IMG/VR virus record: IMGVR_UViG_3300012324_000010
Source of the DNA: a virus
Taxonomy: Duplodnaviria > Heunggongvirae > Uroviricota > Caudoviricetes
Length of the DNA stretch: 63,353 bases
Direction: 5' to 3' (one strand)
The notes beneath the pieces were generated by a model, which saw nothing but the letters and a program-made list of their open reading frames with translations, made no database searches and had not been told where the DNA came from. The position numbers and the translations under genes are program-made. This document shows, piece after piece, positions 29,248 to 37,764 of this stretch (its first letter is position 1; every line of letters begins with the position of its first letter).

Positions 29248-32220
29248 CTAACTTCTGCGGCCACGGTTTCCTTCATCCTTGATAGCATTTGTACCATTCT
29301 TTCTACGCTCTTCTTCTTCAGCTTCAGCCTTTCTATTCAAAGCTTCCCTAGAAATGCGGTTTAGCATATCTGTCAAAGAATCATTAAGGGTGTCTTTAGC
29401 ATCATTGACTCTTCTTTCTGCGTCCCCACTTTCTGCTCTACTGTTAAGCATAGCTCTTCTAGATGCTTCAGACATTGTTCCAGCTGCATAGTTGGCAATC
29501 TCTTTGATTCGAGATTCAGCCTTGTCCATAGAGCTAACAGCTCCTCTTTCTAGATCGTCTTTGTACTCTCTGAGCATATTGTCTAGATTTCTCTGTGATT
29601 CTTGTGAGAACTCAAATTCAACATTGTTTCTGTCTCCCACATTCTGAGCAAGATACTTCACAGATTGAGCCATTCCCATAGCACCAGCTGCTCCACCTGC
29701 TCCTAGCCATGCATTGTTGAAGTTGTCAGCAATGTTTTGTGGTGCAGTGTAAGACTGTGATGTTGATGCAGGGCTAGCTGTTGCTCCTCCACCAAATGCA
29801 CTGTCAATATCATTGGAGTTGTATCCTTGGTTGTTATACATTTGCTGTCTAGAATCTTGTGTCCTGCTCTCCATGTCATCTTGGTGTTGTCTGCGCATAT
29901 CTTCTTCTTGTCTATGCTGATCCTCCTGGAATCTTTGTTGCATGTGTTCTTCTCTTTGACGTTGCATCTCATCTTCATGCATGCGTTGCCTATCAGCATA
30001 TTCTTGCTGGCGCATATTCTCTTCTTGCATTCTTTGCTCTGCATATCCTTGATGTCCATTATGGAAATCATCACCCTGATTTTGTCCAGGTTGAGGTATG
30101 TAATCATTGCTCTGATTAACTGAAGAAGTGCTTCCATTATCATTAGCAAACTGTTGATAGGAAGTTTCTTCTGCATTGTTATGCATCTGCTGCTGTGCAT
30201 AATTTTGCTGTCTGTGAGATTCTTCTCCTTGCACATTGTTTTCATGTCCAAGATTGTTGCTTCCAAATGCAGCATCAATGGATGAAGAATCATGATGAGG
30301 AATATTATCATTGTTATCACTAAATGTAGAGTCAAGACCATCATCATTAGTATTGTTGTCCCTAAATGTAGCATCAAGACCATCATTGACCATAGCTGCT
30401 GCAGCACCAGCTGTTGCAGCCTTGCCCAAGGTAGAGACTCTATCATCAGAAACGTTATCATCTGCGTTCTGTGCAGCGTTAGCATTTTCAGAAACAGATT
30501 GAGCGTCTTCATTAATGTCAGATCCTGTGAGATCAGCTTCCATAGCTTGCTGACCAATATTGGTATCCACATTTCCTTCATAACCGTAGAATGTATTAGC
30601 ATTCAATGGCTGAGTAGCAAATGCTTCATCAATAGCTTCAGAGGATGTATCAAATCTTCCATCCTCCATGATCTCTGGATGATAAGCACCAGAAGCATAA
30701 GTAGCAAGATTATCTTCTGTAGCAGCAATAATATTCTCTTCTGTCATATTCTCAGGATCAAACTCATCAGTTAGTGATCGTGGAAGAATATTTCCATGTG
30801 GAGAACCAGAGTTGATGATCTCTGCTGCATGGACATAATCATCTTGTTTTTCTATGAAGCTGGAAACAGCGTTTCCTTCTTCATCACGTGCAATCTTATC
30901 TTCCACAGGCTCTTCTCCAGTAGAGCGGTATCCTGTTTCAGAAGCATTAATATCTTCCATGTCTTTAGCAGCTTTCTTAGCATGCTCTTCGGCAACCTCG
31001 TTGTCAATAGGTATGCGACCATGAACTCGTGCAGCATGATCTGTTTCACGTTCTTCATCACTAGCAACAGGTTGTGTATAAGCAGGGTTCAAAGAACCAT
31101 TAACTGTACTATTTCTATTTTCTTCATTGGTTCTAGAAATATCAAGAGCATACATAGCAGTGGTTGCTCCAGTAACACCACGTGCAGCATATCCACCCAG
31201 TGTTTCCTTGTGAGCTTCACGGAACTTATCAGAAGTTCTAATGGCACTATCATCATGTGCATTGATGTAATCAACACCATTCATCTCATTGCCATTGTCA
31301 TCATAGACTTTGAATCCATTTCTCTCCATGGACTCTTTACCTTCATCGACATGGTTTTCTAGCATTTGTCCATGAGCAAGAGCAGCATTGTGCTTTCTGT
31401 CTGCAAGTTTTTCTACAACCTCATCAGGTGTATCATACCCAGCTTTGTCCCTTTTATCTTTAAGGCTGTCAACACGTAGATTCTTGATAGCATCACGCTT
31501 TTGAGCCAAAGACTTAGAATCATCATCTGCAATATCCAAAGCATTGCGCTTATCATCATCATTAAGATTCTTAAGCATATCAGAATCAAGTCCTAGGTTG
31601 GCCAGCCTAGCTGCATTCTTCTTATTAATAAGATCATGTGCTTTCTCCCTAGTATCTTTAGGAGTCATTCCTTTTTCTTTTAGACCCTTGAGATTGTCTT
31701 TGCGCTTCTTTCCATCAGCACCACGATCCATAATAGACTTCATCATGTCAAGATCATCTTTGCCACGGAGTGCTTTATTGAGGAGTTTTCCACCTCTTCT
31801 ATTTCCACCACCAAGAAGTGATTTCCTCATGGCAAAGCTGCGTAGCTCATTTTGGTTAAGATGTCTCAAGCCCCTAAGGAAGTTAGCTCCTCCTTTAGCT
31901 GTTTTCCCAAGAGAGTTAAAAGGAGCTTTAGTTGTCATTTTTACAATGCTTCCTACACTAGCACCTTTAAATATAGTTGCACCAATATATTTAAGCAGCA
32001 AATACAGAACAAAGATTAAGCCTACCAAGGTAGCAAGCTGAATGATTGACTGAATCATGACAAACTTATTTGCTGTTCCAGGAACCAGTCTTCCTAGATT
32101 AGCTATGGAAGAAGCTAGAGCTAGAACAATATTAGTAATAGCCAAAAGTAGTTGAACTGTAAATATTCCTACCACCATGAGGGTGGCAAAAATGAGTGTC
32201 TGTTTAAAAATTCTATTCAT
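29248..32220 (-). CDS. Membrane protein with a long hydrophilic Q/N/D-rich tail (VirB6/TrbL C-half-like)
   Basis: Two N-terminal TM helices then low-complexity and coiled-coil sequence; start overlaps the upstream stop (TAATG). Confidence 0.6.
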   Translation of the reverse strand: MNRIFKQTLIFATLMVVGIFTVQLLLAITNIVLALASSIANLGRLVPGTANKFVMIQSIIQLATLVGLIFVLYLLLKYIGATIFKGASVGSIVKMTTKAPFNSLGKTAKGGANFLRGLRHLNQNELRSFAMRKSLLGGGNRRGGKLLNKALRGKDDLDMMKSIMDRGADGKKRKDNLKGLKEKGMTPKDTREKAHDLINKKNAARLANLGLDSDMLKNLNDDDKRNALDIADDDSKSLAQKRDAIKNLRVDSLKDKRDKAGYDTPDEVVEKLADRKHNAALAHGQMLENHVDEGKESMERNGFKVYDDNGNEMNGVDYINAHDDSAIRTSDKFREAHKETLGGYAARGVTGATTAMYALDISRTNEENRNSTVNGSLNPAYTQPVASDEERETDHAARVHGRIPIDNEVAEEHAKKAAKDMEDINASETGYRSTGEEPVEDKIARDEEGNAVSSFIEKQDDYVHAAEIINSGSPHGNILPRSLTDEFDPENMTEENIIAATEDNLATYASGAYHPEIMEDGRFDTSSEAIDEAFATQPLNANTFYGYEGNVDTNIGQQAMEADLTGSDINEDAQSVSENANAAQNADDNVSDDRVSTLGKAATAGAAAAMVNDGLDATFRDNNTNDDGLDSTFSDNNDNIPHHDSSSIDAAFGSNNLGHENNVQGEESHRQQNYAQQQMHNNAEETSYQQFANDNGSTSSVNQSNDYIPQPGQNQGDDFHNGHQGYAEQRMQEENMRQQEYADRQRMHEDEMQRQREEHMQQRFQEDQHRQEEDMRRQHQDDMESRTQDSRQQMYNNQGYNSNDIDSAFGGGATASPASTSQSYTAPQNIADNFNNAWLGAGGAAGAMGMAQSVKYLAQNVGDRNNVEFEFSQESQRNLDNMLREYKDDLERGAVSSMDKAESRIKEIANYAAGTMSEASRRAMLNSRAESGDAERRVNDAKDTLNDSLTDMLNRISREALNRKAEAEEEERRKNGTNAIKDEGNRGRRS

Positions 32221-35200
32221 TATCTCGCACCCTTCGGTTTAGAACTTCTAAATGCCATGAGGATTAGGTTAATAGCTAATCCTCCACCTGCAATCATTAA
32301 GTAGATTGCAAAGACCATGTTGATAATGGTCAAAAGCATAATAGGAATGATGTAAAGAACAATCATAGCCACGCCAATAAGCATAATGATAAGAGAAATA
32401 ACAGTTGTGGTTCCATCTGTATGGAGACCTGCTCTGTATTCCCAGAAATCCTTAGCAGTGTTGTATCCAGATGAGTTTACAGATTCATCAAGTGCTGCTG
32501 CTGGATCTAACCTAGGATTGTCCTCAGGGTCAATAGGTTCAAGGGTTTCTCCTTCAACTTTCTCTTTACCTGATTCAATAGCACCACCTACCTTGTCCGC
32601 TAACCATTGTCCTGCTTTCTTTACGTCATTTACAACGCTTATCATAGGGCTTGCACCAGGAATGTTCTTTAAAGCTTCACCAGTTGCTCCTGCCACTGCA
32701 GAAGAGATAGAGTCAATAAGAGAAGGTGGTGGCAGAGGAGTATAATCCCAGCGCTCAGCCCATTGATTCTTACTGTTCCAACCAGATAGACTTTCAGATC
32801 CAATTGAATCTAGATAGAAAACAAATGGGTTTTGGCAATCTTCATCATTGAGCCTACGGTACTTAGGAGAAGGAATCTTTACCTTTTCCTTTTCTTTATC
32901 TTCATTTTCTTTATCTTCTTTGTCCCCTGTATCACTTTCTCCTCCATCATCAGTTCCTTCGGAATCTTTGTCTTCGGAATCCTTATCTTCAGATTCTTTG
33001 TCTTCAGAGTCTTTATCTTTATCCTTGTCAGAGTCCTTGTTATCTTCTGTATCTTCTTCTTGCTCTTGCTCCTTTGCTTCTCCGCCGTCTCCACCTTTAG
33101 CGTTCTCAAAGAACTCATTATATTTATCTGATGTAGATCCAACACTTCCTACTCCAGATACAATTCCTGCTGATTTATCCAATGACTCTTTAGTATACCT
33201 ATTGAGTTCCACTTCAACCTCATAAGGAGGAAGATCACTATCTTTGTCAGATAGTCCTGCAGGACCCATTGAAGTGATTCCCTTCATAGAGGAATCAATG
33301 TGAGAATTTGCACTGTCAGGAGTCCATACACAAGAAGCAAAATAGTATAGACCTGGATCAGAGCTGGAAAAAGACTTACTCTTTCCACCGTCAATGAAGT
33401 TGGTTGCTCTTTCTAGAGCTGCATACTCATTATCACCTTGCCAGCGTCCCTCTGAAGTCACCAAGACACCAGACTGTCCACTGACAAGACCGCTGCTTAG
33501 ATTAGATTCTGCAGCACTAGATATGTGAGTACCATTTGCATATTTATCAGGAGAAACACCCCTGCTATCAATGATATTTCCAGAACCTGCAGCTTCCTTC
33601 CATATTCCAGCACTACGCGCCATAAGGAGAACCTCACCTGCTGGTCTGCTAGCCTTTTGTTCAAAGTCACGGCAATAAGAGTTTCCAGATTGGAAACTTG
33701 TTCCACCCCATAGGTAAGAATATGGCTTGATAACCAATCTTACATAGGTGTAATCTAGAGAAGATAGAGTGGTAGACACTGCTGAGGAATCTTCTGCAAA
33801 TTGTGTTCCTCTAAATGCTAGATTTACAGAGTCAATATATCTATCACATGCTGGCCTTAGATCATTTCCAGAAAAAGCATTGTCAACTGATGAAGATACT
33901 TTGTCTATTGGGTAAATGATCAATGCAGAGCCAATGTTAAAACCTGCAGAAGCAACCTGATTTCCTAGGAAGTATGCAAGTGACAAGAACCATCCTAGTG
34001 ACAATGGCTCCCAAGAAGTAAAGTCCCCTGCAGCTCTTTCTCTCTTATCAGAGCCATCATTGTTCATGTCAATATCAACGCTTTCATCTTTTGCATTGCT
34101 GATCTCATTGACTAGATCACTGGTGTAATCCTCATTATGATTCTTTGATGACTGATAAGCAACAAAGAGGAACATCATCACAGCTACCATTGTCTTCATA
34201 ACAGAAGATGCTACATGCATTACTCTTTGCCGTGGAGTCATGCGAATTCTGGTATCAATAGCTGTCATAAAGGAGAATATAAAGGAAATAGTAGCCAAAG
34301 CAGTAGCAATGGAAGTCACCATGCTCTTGCTTCCAGCAGAACCTCCAACAAGCAATGCAAAAGTAGCATTAGCCACCTTGATTCCCAGTGTTGGAATAGA
34401 ATCTCCCACTAGAAGAAGGAGTCCATTGACAAGGAAGCTGAAAAAGAACTGTGCAAGGTTAAAAAGACCATTGCTAAACAAAGCATTGAATGAGCCCTGG
34501 ATACTGCCAATGGGTTGATCAAACCTAAAGTTAGGGGAAGCAATGTTGAACCCTCCCCAGCGGTTAATAATTAGAAACTGGGAAGCATTGGATTTTCCAT
34601 AGGTGGAAATGTTTTTAGACATAGCCAAAGGAGATGAGAGCTGAGTATCTACATTCCTACCAGGTCCACCGTCTACTACAACATTATCACTGTTTCCTCT
34701 TCCTGATTCAGCATTACCTGAAGATCTTTCACCTCCACTAAGGCTTCCTCCAGAGTTGTTGTTTTCAGAATTGGAGTTATTGTTTCCAGAGTTATTTCCA
34801 GAGTTGGAGTTATTGTTTCCAGAGTTATTTCCAGAGTTGGAGTTATTGTTTCCAGAGTTATTGCTACCGGAGTTGTTTCCAGAGTTGGAGTTATTACCGG
34901 AGTTATTGTTTCCAGAGTTGGAGTTATTATTACCAGAGTTATTGTTTCCAGAGTTGGAGTTATTATTACCGTTGGAGTTATTATTACCGGAGTTATTGTT
35001 TCCAGAGTTGGAGTTGTTGTCACCGGAGTTGTTGTCACCGGAGTTGGAGTTGTTATTTCCAGAGTTATTATTCCCGGAGTTGTTGTCCTTAGAGTTGTTA
35101 TTTCCAGAATTGGAGTTATTCTTTCCACCAGGGTTAGCTATAGGCTTAGCTTTTTTGATAATAAGATCTACACGCTCTTTATAACCATCCTCGGTCATGG

Positions 35201-35801
35201 TAAGACCATTATCATTAAAAAGATCGCCTTTAACACTAAGCTGCTGAATATTGATAACTTTTACTTTTCCACCACTTTTTTCACGCAAAGCATCAGCAAA
35301 AATCTTAGTAGAATAATCTTTGCCAGATCTAGCATCATCTACTACGGGTGATACCCAGAATACTTTCTTAGCACCAGAAGCATTGATTGCCTTCATAGCA
35401 CTATCTAAACTTTTTTCTATTTCTTTTCTATTGCTCTTCAGATCACCAGTTCCAGCTTCAATAATGACACAACGGCCAGAAAGATTAGATGATTTAATTT
35501 GACGTGCAATCTGATTAACGTTACGCCCATTGTAGACTTGTGACTCAAAATCTTTGATTCCAAGTTCACTTTCAGCTTTTCCTTCTATATCAGCACGCAT
35601 ATCTTGCACACCTTGATGGTCACCAATAAGTGTCATAGATGTACATCCATCACTGCCATTTATCTGTGCAGTAGCTGAATCTGTAGCAAAAATAGCGCTA
35701 AAGCTTGCCACTAGACCAATAAGAAACACTAAGGAGACAACAATATTTCGCCACTGAGCAGTGGCTTTATTCTTCCAGGGGGAAGATGCAGTAGTAATCA
35801 T
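32220..35801 (-). CDS. Large exported/polytopic protein: SGNH-like domain, N/S/G repeat, VirB6/TrbL-like membrane region
   Basis: Signal or TM; LIGDHQG..GR..IIEAGTGD..VFWVSP SGNH-like blocks; several TMs; large extracytoplasmic loop. Confidence 0.55.
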   Translation of the reverse strand: MITTASSPWKNKATAQWRNIVVSLVFLIGLVASFSAIFATDSATAQINGSDGCTSMTLIGDHQGVQDMRADIEGKAESELGIKDFESQVYNGRNVNQIARQIKSSNLSGRCVIIEAGTGDLKSNRKEIEKSLDSAMKAINASGAKKVFWVSPVVDDARSGKDYSTKIFADALREKSGGKVKVINIQQLSVKGDLFNDNGLTMTEDGYKERVDLIIKKAKPIANPGGKNNSNSGNNNSKDNNSGNNNSGNNNSNSGDNNSGDNNSNSGNNNSGNNNSNGNNNSNSGNNNSGNNNSNSGNNNSGNNSNSGNNSGSNNSGNNNSNSGNNSGNNNSNSGNNSGNNNSNSENNNSGGSLSGGERSSGNAESGRGNSDNVVVDGGPGRNVDTQLSSPLAMSKNISTYGKSNASQFLIINRWGGFNIASPNFRFDQPIGSIQGSFNALFSNGLFNLAQFFFSFLVNGLLLLVGDSIPTLGIKVANATFALLVGGSAGSKSMVTSIATALATISFIFSFMTAIDTRIRMTPRQRVMHVASSVMKTMVAVMMFLFVAYQSSKNHNEDYTSDLVNEISNAKDESVDIDMNNDGSDKRERAAGDFTSWEPLSLGWFLSLAYFLGNQVASAGFNIGSALIIYPIDKVSSSVDNAFSGNDLRPACDRYIDSVNLAFRGTQFAEDSSAVSTTLSSLDYTYVRLVIKPYSYLWGGTSFQSGNSYCRDFEQKASRPAGEVLLMARSAGIWKEAAGSGNIIDSRGVSPDKYANGTHISSAAESNLSSGLVSGQSGVLVTSEGRWQGDNEYAALERATNFIDGGKSKSFSSSDPGLYYFASCVWTPDSANSHIDSSMKGITSMGPAGLSDKDSDLPPYEVEVELNRYTKESLDKSAGIVSGVGSVGSTSDKYNEFFENAKGGDGGEAKEQEQEEDTEDNKDSDKDKDKDSEDKESEDKDSEDKDSEGTDDGGESDTGDKEDKENEDKEKEKVKIPSPKYRRLNDEDCQNPFVFYLDSIGSESLSGWNSKNQWAERWDYTPLPPPSLIDSISSAVAGATGEALKNIPGASPMISVVNDVKKAGQWLADKVGGAIESGKEKVEGETLEPIDPEDNPRLDPAAALDESVNSSGYNTAKDFWEYRAGLHTDGTTTVISLIIMLIGVAMIVLYIIPIMLLTIINMVFAIYLMIAGGGLAINLILMAFRSSKPKGAR
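34750..35121 (-). repeat. Coding tandem repeat encoding (SGNNNSN)-like units
   Basis: Repeated CCAGAGTTGGAGTTATTGTTT and related units. Confidence 0.92.
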
Positions 35802-35946
35802 AAAATCCTCACGTTAAATCATCAGTCAAGCTATATTAATCACATAGCACAAGCGGCAAATAAAAAAGTATCTAATTAACAAAAATATCAATCATTAGAA
35901 TAACAAAAAGAAACACACTCCTGCACGAGGTGGATTTGTGTCCCTA

Positions 35947-36564
35947 TTAGTTGGTTGTAGCTGTATCTTTATAGGTGGAGTTATCATAAACTTTTTGCTC
36001 ACCAGTAGGATAGAAATACAAAGGAGTAGTAAAGTTTTCCTCTATGTACATACTTTGTGGTGGAGCACCATAGAGAGGTTGTGTTCCTATCCATCTCTTA
36101 CAGTTTACTTCTTGTCCTTCATTAGACAATGCATAACTAATGAGCTTGCATTCTGATTGTTTTCCTGATTGAGCAGAGTTAGCTGATAACTTCTTACGCA
36201 ACACAACAATAACGTAGGTAACCAAATCCTCACCTGTAGTATCTGACATAGGTGACCACGCACCTAGTTTAGCTCCTAGAAAGCCAGGAATAAGAACAAA
36301 AGTAACAAAGACAATGGGGAAATAGATACCAGGAATGTGTAAAACCTTAAACATAAGAAGGAATCCAATAATAAACCCTAAAAGTCCAAATCCACCACCC
36401 CACCAAATAGTAACCCAAGGAATCCTTACAGTAGTAATCTTTCCAAATCGCATCTTGAAAGAACTTGGACCTCTATCAAAAAGAGCAGAAGTTCTAATTG
36501 TTCCATACCTGAAAGCTACTTCTTGCATATCATACTGATCTACACCTTTGTCATCTTTTGCCAT
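35947..36564 (-). CDS. Two-TM TcpE/PrgI/VirB3-like conjugation protein
   Basis: 205 aa, two adjacent TMs followed by GEDLVTY; sits between pilin-like and VirB6-like genes. Confidence 0.45.
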   Translation of the reverse strand: MAKDDKGVDQYDMQEVAFRYGTIRTSALFDRGPSSFKMRFGKITTVRIPWVTIWWGGGFGLLGFIIGFLLMFKVLHIPGIYFPIVFVTFVLIPGFLGAKLGAWSPMSDTTGEDLVTYVIVVLRKKLSANSAQSGKQSECKLISYALSNEGQEVNCKRWIGTQPLYGAPPQSMYIEENFTTPLYFYPTGEQKVYDNSTYKDTATTN

Positions 36565-36813
36565 GTGCAGCTCAACTACCTTTCCTATTCAGTGTCCTTT
36601 TATAGATGTATAAATGGAGTAGAAATATTTTTCTCATAAACTTTTTCTAAGAAAAGATATTACCAAAATCATAGTCAACATTGCTCTGGTAGAAATATGT
36701 TCTATCCTTAAAAAACACCTTGAAGATAAATGGTGTAGTATAGAAGATGTACCTACTGTCTAGTAGAGACAACAGTACAAATACTTGTACATCTTTAGTA
36801 AGGAGAAAGCAAA

Positions 36814-37065
36814 ATGGCTACAGCAACTTTTGAACAGAGACTAGATTCTATGAAGGAAAACAGAAAGTCTCATAACATGAACTCAGGTCTCTACCATGCT
36901 AATATCAACGTTCTTGACAAAGACACCCTAGAGGATGCAGTAGAGCACCCAGAAAAGTACCCTAATCTTACTGTCAGGGTATCTGGATATGCTGTAAACT
37001 TTGTCAAGCTCACCAAAGAGCAGCAAAGAGACATCATCTCTCGCACATTCCACCAAGGAGCATAA
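36814..37065 (+). CDS. grcA: Autonomous glycyl radical cofactor
   Basis: HANINVL ... [51 protein letters not shown]. Confidence 0.95.
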   Translation: MATATFEQRLDSMKENRKSHNMNSGLYHANINVLDKDTLEDAVEHPEKYPNLTVRVSGYAVNFVKLTKEQQRDIISRTFHQGA

Positions 37066-37081
37066 TGATTTAAAAAGCAAT

Positions 37082-37114
37082 AAAAAACACCCAGTTTTTA
37101 TACTGGGTGTTTTT
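37082..37114. terminator. Bidirectional intrinsic terminator between convergent genes
   Basis: AAAAACACCCAGT ... ACTGGGTGTTTTT perfect stem. Confidence 0.8.
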
Positions 37115-37130
37115 GTATATAGGGTATGTA

Positions 37131-37517
37131 TTAAGAGAACGCACCCTTGATTGTCTGCAGGACAGCCCAACCAACCTTCAAAGCTGCATCAATGACATCC
37201 ATTGTGGTGTTGATGTTAAGACCACCAACAATAGCAGCAAGAGCTGCGATGATTCCTACTGGACCACCCATCTTCTGAACAGCCTGTCTAGAACCACCTG
37301 GTTTACCAAGGTTCCATACCAAGAAACATGCCCAAGCCACAGCAAGAGCAATAGCAATAACACGGATAAGTCTCTCCACACCTTTGGAGAACTTAACATT
37401 CAAACCGTCAAAGCTTTCTTCAGATCCACCGATAGTAACTGTTTCTTGTGCTAGATAATGAACCTGATCTCCAGCAGCAAGAATTGTATCGGGGGATGCT
37501 ACATCTAGAATACTCAT
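37131..37517 (-). CDS. Small two-TM VirB2/pilin-like protein
   Basis: 128 aa, two hydrophobic helices with a short basic loop, in the transfer region. Confidence 0.5.
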   Translation of the reverse strand: MSILDVASPDTILAAGDQVHYLAQETVTIGGSEESFDGLNVKFSKGVERLIRVIAIALAVAWACFLVWNLGKPGGSRQAVQKMGGPVGIIAALAAIVGGLNINTTMDVIDAALKVGWAVLQTIKGAFS

Positions 37518-37764
37518 AATCTTTTATTCTTTTCCCTTCAGTTATTTTTTAATAGTTTTTCCCTTGTGTCCCCTACCCCCGTTAAGAACAAAGGAGAAGG
37601 GAGGAGTATGCTTTATAATGAACAATAACTATTCACCTGCACAATCATTAACAATAACAAACACATTTTCGACATGTTTTTTACAAATAAAAACATGTGC
37701 TTATCATTGCATAGATATAAATCTATTATAACAAACACATGTTCTCATTCGTTGTTATTAAAAA

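Noticed and set aside
34750..35184. CRISPR array, or the plus-strand LLFPELE repeat ORF
   Set aside because: No unique spacers and no cas genes; it is the antisense shadow of the N/S/G coding repeat
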